A stretch of 64,000 nt of DNA from Candidatus Bathyarchaeia archaeon (GTDB lineage Archaea > Thermoproteota > Bathyarchaeia > Bathyarchaeales > Bathycorpusculaceae). Below, in pieces: positions 56,878 through 64,000 of this stretch. The first letter of the stretch is position 1. Each line of letters starts with the position of its first letter. The notes below the pieces were generated by a model. The model made no database searches and was not told the origin of the DNA. It saw only the letters and a program-made list of their open reading frames with translations. The stretch spans positions 64,001 through 128,000 of the forward strand of contig JBEKBM010000002.1 of assembly GCA_050015395.1 (NCBI GenBank). Reading direction: 5' to 3'. The translations under genes and the position numbers were made by a program.

Positions 56878-57467
56878 CAATCAACTGCCCAAGCATGTAG
56901 GAGTGTTTCCAATCCAAACCCCTCAACCTATCACCAAACTGATAGGGCGGCTACCGTGAAACTCAACTCCGCGCTTAGCCGTTCTTGGCGATGACCATGG
57001 AATAGCGACTGCCGTGCCAGCGCCAGGCGAAGGCTGCTCAAGATCTTGTCATGTTAAAACTTAACCCAAAACACAGTAAATCCGCAAGAGAGCTGCAAGG
57101 TGTCTAAAAAAGGTGTCTAAAAAAAACGGCTTAACGATTCTGGATGAAGCTTTGTGCCCAAGAACCTGCCTACGTATGCTCTTCAGTGTATCTGCAAAGT
57201 GTATCTACAAAACGTATTGACATTTACCCTCCCGGTAGGTACCTGTGCGCACACACATTAAAGCTAACCCACTTGCGAATCCACTGAAGTTAAGTAAATA
57301 AAAACTAAAGTTTGATGCTAATGACGGAGTTACCATTATGAGTATGTCAAAAGCCCAAAAAAGTTCACGTTAACGAAAAAGAAGCATGATATTTTGGTCA
57401 GCTCCCATGATAGCCAAAAAAACTAACATATACTTATACTCCAAAAAATTAAGAAGCTTTTTTCTTT

Positions 57468-58145
57468 TTAGATTCGAAGCAAAACATTTTCTGTGTACCT
57501 GCGTATTATTTCCGCGAAGTTATTGATTGTTTCTGGCGTGTAAGGCTTGAGAGCTTGGAATCTCTTATCCAGCGTATCCTGCGGGATAAATTGTTGGAGT
57601 GCATGGTTTTTTGAGCCTTTTACCAGTTCGCCAATGCACGTGGCATCTTGGGCAGTGACTATTTCTGGCACCACGGTTGTCCTGAACTCGTAGGGCACCT
57701 TGCCTGTCTTTAGGATTTCCATGGTTCGTATAAGCCCAGATGTGTCTTCAGCGCCGAGCAACTTGTATTTTTCTCTGCAGGTTTTTACGTCCATAGCTAC
57801 GTAATCTACGCTGCCAAGGCATTCCTCGAGCACTTCTGGATAGAAACCGTTCGTGTCCAATTTAACCATGAAGCCCCGATCCTTAAGTTTAGCGAGGAAT
57901 TTCGGCAACTCCTTGTGCATGCATGGTTCTCCGCCAGTTACCACAACAGCGTCAATGTATTTTTTGCGGCTTTCCAAGATTTCTAATGCAGCGGCTTCCT
58001 GCAGAAACGGCGGCTGCGGATCTACAGCTATGCGCCAGTTATGGCAGAACGGGCAACGCAGGTTGCAGCCTGGAGTGAACAGCACGCTGGCTACTTTATC
58101 GGGGTAGTCGAGAAGGCTTGTTTTTTGTATTCCACTAAACTTCAT
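57468..58145 (-). CDS. nrdG: Anaerobic ribonucleotide reductase activating enzyme (radical SAM)
   Basis: MKFSGIQKTSLLDYP, GCNLRCPFCHN, TGGEP, KLDTNG, YEFRTT; start revised to ATG 58145. Confidence 0.93.
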   Translation of the reverse strand: MKFSGIQKTSLLDYPDKVASVLFTPGCNLRCPFCHNWRIAVDPQPPFLQEAAALEILESRKKYIDAVVVTGGEPCMHKELPKFLAKLKDRGFMVKLDTNGFYPEVLEECLGSVDYVAMDVKTCREKYKLLGAEDTSGLIRTMEILKTGKVPYEFRTTVVPEIVTAQDATCIGELVKGSKNHALQQFIPQDTLDKRFQALKPYTPETINNFAEIIRRYTENVLLRI

Positions 58146-58159
58146 TTTTACATTTCCTC

Positions 58160-60286
58160 TTAAGCTGTTAAGGGTGCTGAAGTCACTATGGTTGATCGGT
58201 CGAAGGTTTTGCGTATGGCGAATTCTGCTTGTTTTCCGTCGTTCCATTGGTCAACTGGCCGTAGGTAGCCGACTACTCGTGAGTAGACTTCGCAGTTTGC
58301 TCCGCAGGTTGGGCAAAGTTTGTGTTCGCCGTTTGTGTAGCCGTGGGTTGGGCAAACACTGAAAGTCGGCGTTAGCGTGAAGTAGGGCAGCTTTGAGTTC
58401 CAAGCTACTTTTTTGATTAATTCGGCAGCAGATTTCCAAGAGTTAAGCCTCTCACCAAGGAAAATGTGAAACACGGTACCTCCAGTGTAGAGCGTCTGCA
58501 AAGTTTCCTGATGCTCCAGCGCTTCGAAGAGGTCGCCTGCAAAGTCAACAGGTAGCTGGGAAGAATTTGTGTAGAATGGTTCTGCATGGTCTGCGATTAC
58601 TTGTTTTTGGTTAGCGAATATAATGTCTTTGTATCGGCGTTTGTCTATGCGGGCAAGCCTGTAAGATGTGCCTTCAGCAGGGGTTGCTTCGAGATTGTAG
58701 ATGTTGCCTGTTTCCTCTTGATAATCTGCTAAATGGTTCCGCATGAAAGTTAACATTTTAACGGCGAAAGCTTGTCCATCGCGCGACGCAATATTTTGCC
58801 CTAGCAAGTTTATGATTGCTTCATTCATGCCCACTATGCCTATTGTGGAAAAGTGGTTCTTCCAATACTTGCCATAGCCTTCTTTCACATGATGCAGGTA
58901 ACGCCTTGAATACGGGTATAAACCGTTATCTGTAAACGCTTCAAGCACTTTACGCTTAATTTCCAAACTTGATTTTGCAACTTCCATCAGGTTTTCTAAA
59001 CGCTTAAAGAATTCGTCCTCATCCTTGGATAAGTAGCCGATTCTTGGAATGTTCAAGGTAACAACGCCTATGCTGCCTGTTAATGGGTTGGCGCCGAAGA
59101 ATCCGCCGCCCCGCTTGCGTAACTCGCGGTTGTCTATTCTTAGGCGGCAGCACATACTGCGCACATCTTCAGGTTTCATGTCACTGTTAACAAAGTTCGA
59201 GAAGTACGGCACACCATACTTGGCAGTTACCTCGAAGAGGGCTTGGGCTACAGGTGAATCCCAATTGAAATCTTTAGTTATATTGTACGTGGGAATCGGG
59301 AAAGTGAAAACTCTGCCTTTCGAATCGCCTTGCCGCATGACTTCTGCGAAGGCTAAATTGAACATTTCCATTTCCTTAGTCATGTCGCCGTATGTATCTT
59401 GGGTTACCTTTCCATTGAAAAGAACCGCCTCGTTCTTCATGAAGTCGGGCACAGTCAAATCTAGGGTTAAATTGGTAAAGGGTGTCTGGAAACCCACACG
59501 GGTCGGCACGTTCATGTTGAAGAAGAATTCCTGAAGCGCCTGTTCAACATCCCTCTGTGTCAGTTTATCGTATCGTATGAATGGAGCAAGGTAAGTGTCA
59601 AAGTTGCTAAACGCCTGTGCTCCTGCTGCTTCACCCTGCAACGTATAGAAAAAGTTCACAACCTGACCCAACGCTGTGCGAAAATGTTTTGCTGGTTTGC
59701 TCTCAATTTTACCTGGTACACCGCCGAATCCTGAAAGCAGTAGCTCGCTTACGTCCCAGCCGACACAGTATGCTCCTAGTACGCCTAAATCGTGAATATG
59801 CATGTCGCCTGAAAAGTGTGCGTCAGCAATATTTTGGGGGTAAATCCTTGATATCCAGTACTTAGCTATTACAGTGGATGATAGATAATTGTTCAATCCC
59901 TGCAGGGAATAGCTCATGTTGCTGTTTTCTTTAACCCGCCAGTCCTCAACCTCAAGGTACTGGTCCACCATGTCTGAGGAGCTCAACAATGCTGCTAACT
60001 CACGCATGTCAGTATGCTGTTTTCTATAGAGAATGTACGCTTTCGCCGTCTGTGCATGGCCATTTTCAATCAAGCGTTTTTCAACGACATCTTGGATTTC
60101 CTCAACCGTGGGCACTCCGTCATCGCCGTAAGTTTTTTGCAGTTCAGCCACTACTTCGTCGCTTAAGCGTTTCGCTAGCTCTTTGTCTGTTCCGCCTACT
60201 GCTTTAGCGGCTTTCCAAATGGCGTTTGTTATACGTTCTTGGTCGAAGGATTCTAATTTACTATCACGTTTTAATACAAACTTCAT
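58160..60286 (-). CDS. nrdD: Class III ribonucleoside-triphosphate reductase with N-terminal ATP cone
   Basis: VLKRD ATP cone, HIHDL, RSMCCRL, NLEATPAEG, CPTHG/CPTCG, YSRVVGYL glycyl-radical motif. Confidence 0.96.
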   Translation of the reverse strand: MKFVLKRDSKLESFDQERITNAIWKAAKAVGGTDKELAKRLSDEVVAELQKTYGDDGVPTVEEIQDVVEKRLIENGHAQTAKAYILYRKQHTDMRELAALLSSSDMVDQYLEVEDWRVKENSNMSYSLQGLNNYLSSTVIAKYWISRIYPQNIADAHFSGDMHIHDLGVLGAYCVGWDVSELLLSGFGGVPGKIESKPAKHFRTALGQVVNFFYTLQGEAAGAQAFSNFDTYLAPFIRYDKLTQRDVEQALQEFFFNMNVPTRVGFQTPFTNLTLDLTVPDFMKNEAVLFNGKVTQDTYGDMTKEMEMFNLAFAEVMRQGDSKGRVFTFPIPTYNITKDFNWDSPVAQALFEVTAKYGVPYFSNFVNSDMKPEDVRSMCCRLRIDNRELRKRGGGFFGANPLTGSIGVVTLNIPRIGYLSKDEDEFFKRLENLMEVAKSSLEIKRKVLEAFTDNGLYPYSRRYLHHVKEGYGKYWKNHFSTIGIVGMNEAIINLLGQNIASRDGQAFAVKMLTFMRNHLADYQEETGNIYNLEATPAEGTSYRLARIDKRRYKDIIFANQKQVIADHAEPFYTNSSQLPVDFAGDLFEALEHQETLQTLYTGGTVFHIFLGERLNSWKSAAELIKKVAWNSKLPYFTLTPTFSVCPTHGYTNGEHKLCPTCGANCEVYSRVVGYLRPVDQWNDGKQAEFAIRKTFDRSTIVTSAPLTA

Positions 60287-60729
60287 TTTTTCACCTCAAG
60301 GAGTAACCGCCTGAAGTCCTCAGGCTCTTCAAACTTCTTGTAAACTGAAGCAAACCGAATGTACGCTATGCGGTCGACGTTTTTTAGGTGCTTCATGACC
60401 AAATCCCCGATTTCTTGGGATGAGACTTCTTCAGTGCCTTTAAGCATAACGTCCTGCCGCACTTGATCTGCTAACTCGTTGATTTGAGTCATGGTTACAG
60501 GCCTTTTCTCGCATGCCTTCTGCAAACCACGGATTATCTTGTTAACGTCGAAGCGTTCAAGCCTGCCATCCTTTTTTCTCACCATAAGCTCTACGGTTTC
60601 CACATACTCGTAGGTCGTGAAGCGTCTTCCGCAACTGCTGCATTCTCTGCGCCTGCGCGTAGTATTCTCTGGAGAATCGCGCGTTTCCAAGGTTTTGGAA
60701 TTTTCAGAGTTGCAGTAGGGACATCTCAT
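60283..60729 (-). CDS. nrdR: Transcriptional repressor NrdR
   Basis: MRCPYC, TRRRRECSSCGRRFTTYE, ATP cone, AYIRFASVY. Confidence 0.96.
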   Translation of the reverse strand: MRCPYCNSENSKTLETRDSPENTTRRRRECSSCGRRFTTYEYVETVELMVRKKDGRLERFDVNKIIRGLQKACEKRPVTMTQINELADQVRQDVMLKGTEEVSSQEIGDLVMKHLKNVDRIAYIRFASVYKKFEEPEDFRRLLLEVKK

Positions 60730-60750
60730 AGGTTAACATACTCATGCTTT

Positions 60751-60798
60751 GTTATATGTGTAGTGTCAACAAGCCATTCTATACACTACATTTAGCGC
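60751..60798. promoter_or_regulatory. Tandem NrdR boxes
   Basis: GTTATATGTGTAGTGT (60751-60766) and ACACTACATTTAGCGC (60783-60798), 32 bp apart, resembling acaCwAtATaTwGtgt; TATA element TTATATAT on the minus strand immediately upstream. Confidence 0.75.
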
Positions 60799-61215
60799 AT
60801 ATATAAGTTGTTTCCACATTAAATTGGAAATATAGCCTATAAAGACAACAATAGTTCCATAGAAAATAAACAAAAAAGGCAAAATAAAATAATCCAGAAA
60901 AGCCTTTTTTCCCCAAAAAAACCCATTTTAGCGTAAATACTAGTTTGGATTAAGGCTTGCGCAAAAATATAATTAAAATAAGACGCTCATCCCTGTTTAT
61001 TTCTAGTCCAGCTTGGCTAACTCCAAAAAAATAAGGTGCAAAATATGCGGGGGCCAAATGCTACTGTTCCGACGAAGCCGAAATAAAGCCTAAAGCACTT
61101 TTTTTCATGGACATATATCGATTGTGGAAATAGCGATTTATAAGCAGTAAATTGATACTTAAGGAATTGAGAAAGGAGAGACTTCTTACGCCTCTTTTAT
61201 GAGACAACTACTTTT

Positions 61216-64000
<2,785 letters not shown>

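Noticed and set aside
58146-58247. N-terminal extension of nrdG in the ORF track
   Set aside because: It overlaps the nrdD 3' end; family similarity begins at MKFSG (58145), preceded by AGAGG

Overview
Archaeal chromosomal segment, most likely Bathyarchaeia (inferred from an eL22-like ribosomal protein, an HdrA-MvhD fusion, an intron-containing tRNA-Arg, archaeal TyrRS/ApgM and BRE/TATA promoters). 1-26.4 kb is a surface-glycan biosynthesis cluster with several decayed genes. It contains a PIG-L deacetylase, two WbqC, two DegT, a GDP-mannose 3,5-epimerase-like gene, GT2/GT4 enzymes, methyltransferases, a DUF2206-like protein and a flippase. Next come polyferredoxin-hdrA/mvhD, an AT-rich ORFan islet at the 3' end of rpl22e, catalase, a tRNA-Arg-anchored redox-stress islet, two tRNAs and a second ORFan islet. 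The window ends with tyrS, apgM, a second flippase, an nrdR-nrdD-nrdG operon with NrdR boxes, and korA/korB. The main unexplained signal is that the two ORFan islets (32.2-35.1 kb, minus strand; 45.0-48.7 kb, plus strand) share a family of non-coding modules. One is a ~40-bp promoter/leader element placed directly before unrelated genes (7 copies). Another is a ~123-bp element with CTAAGTTTCT...AGAAACTT(A/G)G inverted ends. Together they resemble a gene-cassette (integron-like) system without canonical attC sites or a local integrase. All functional calls come from motif recognition by eye; no database searches were run.
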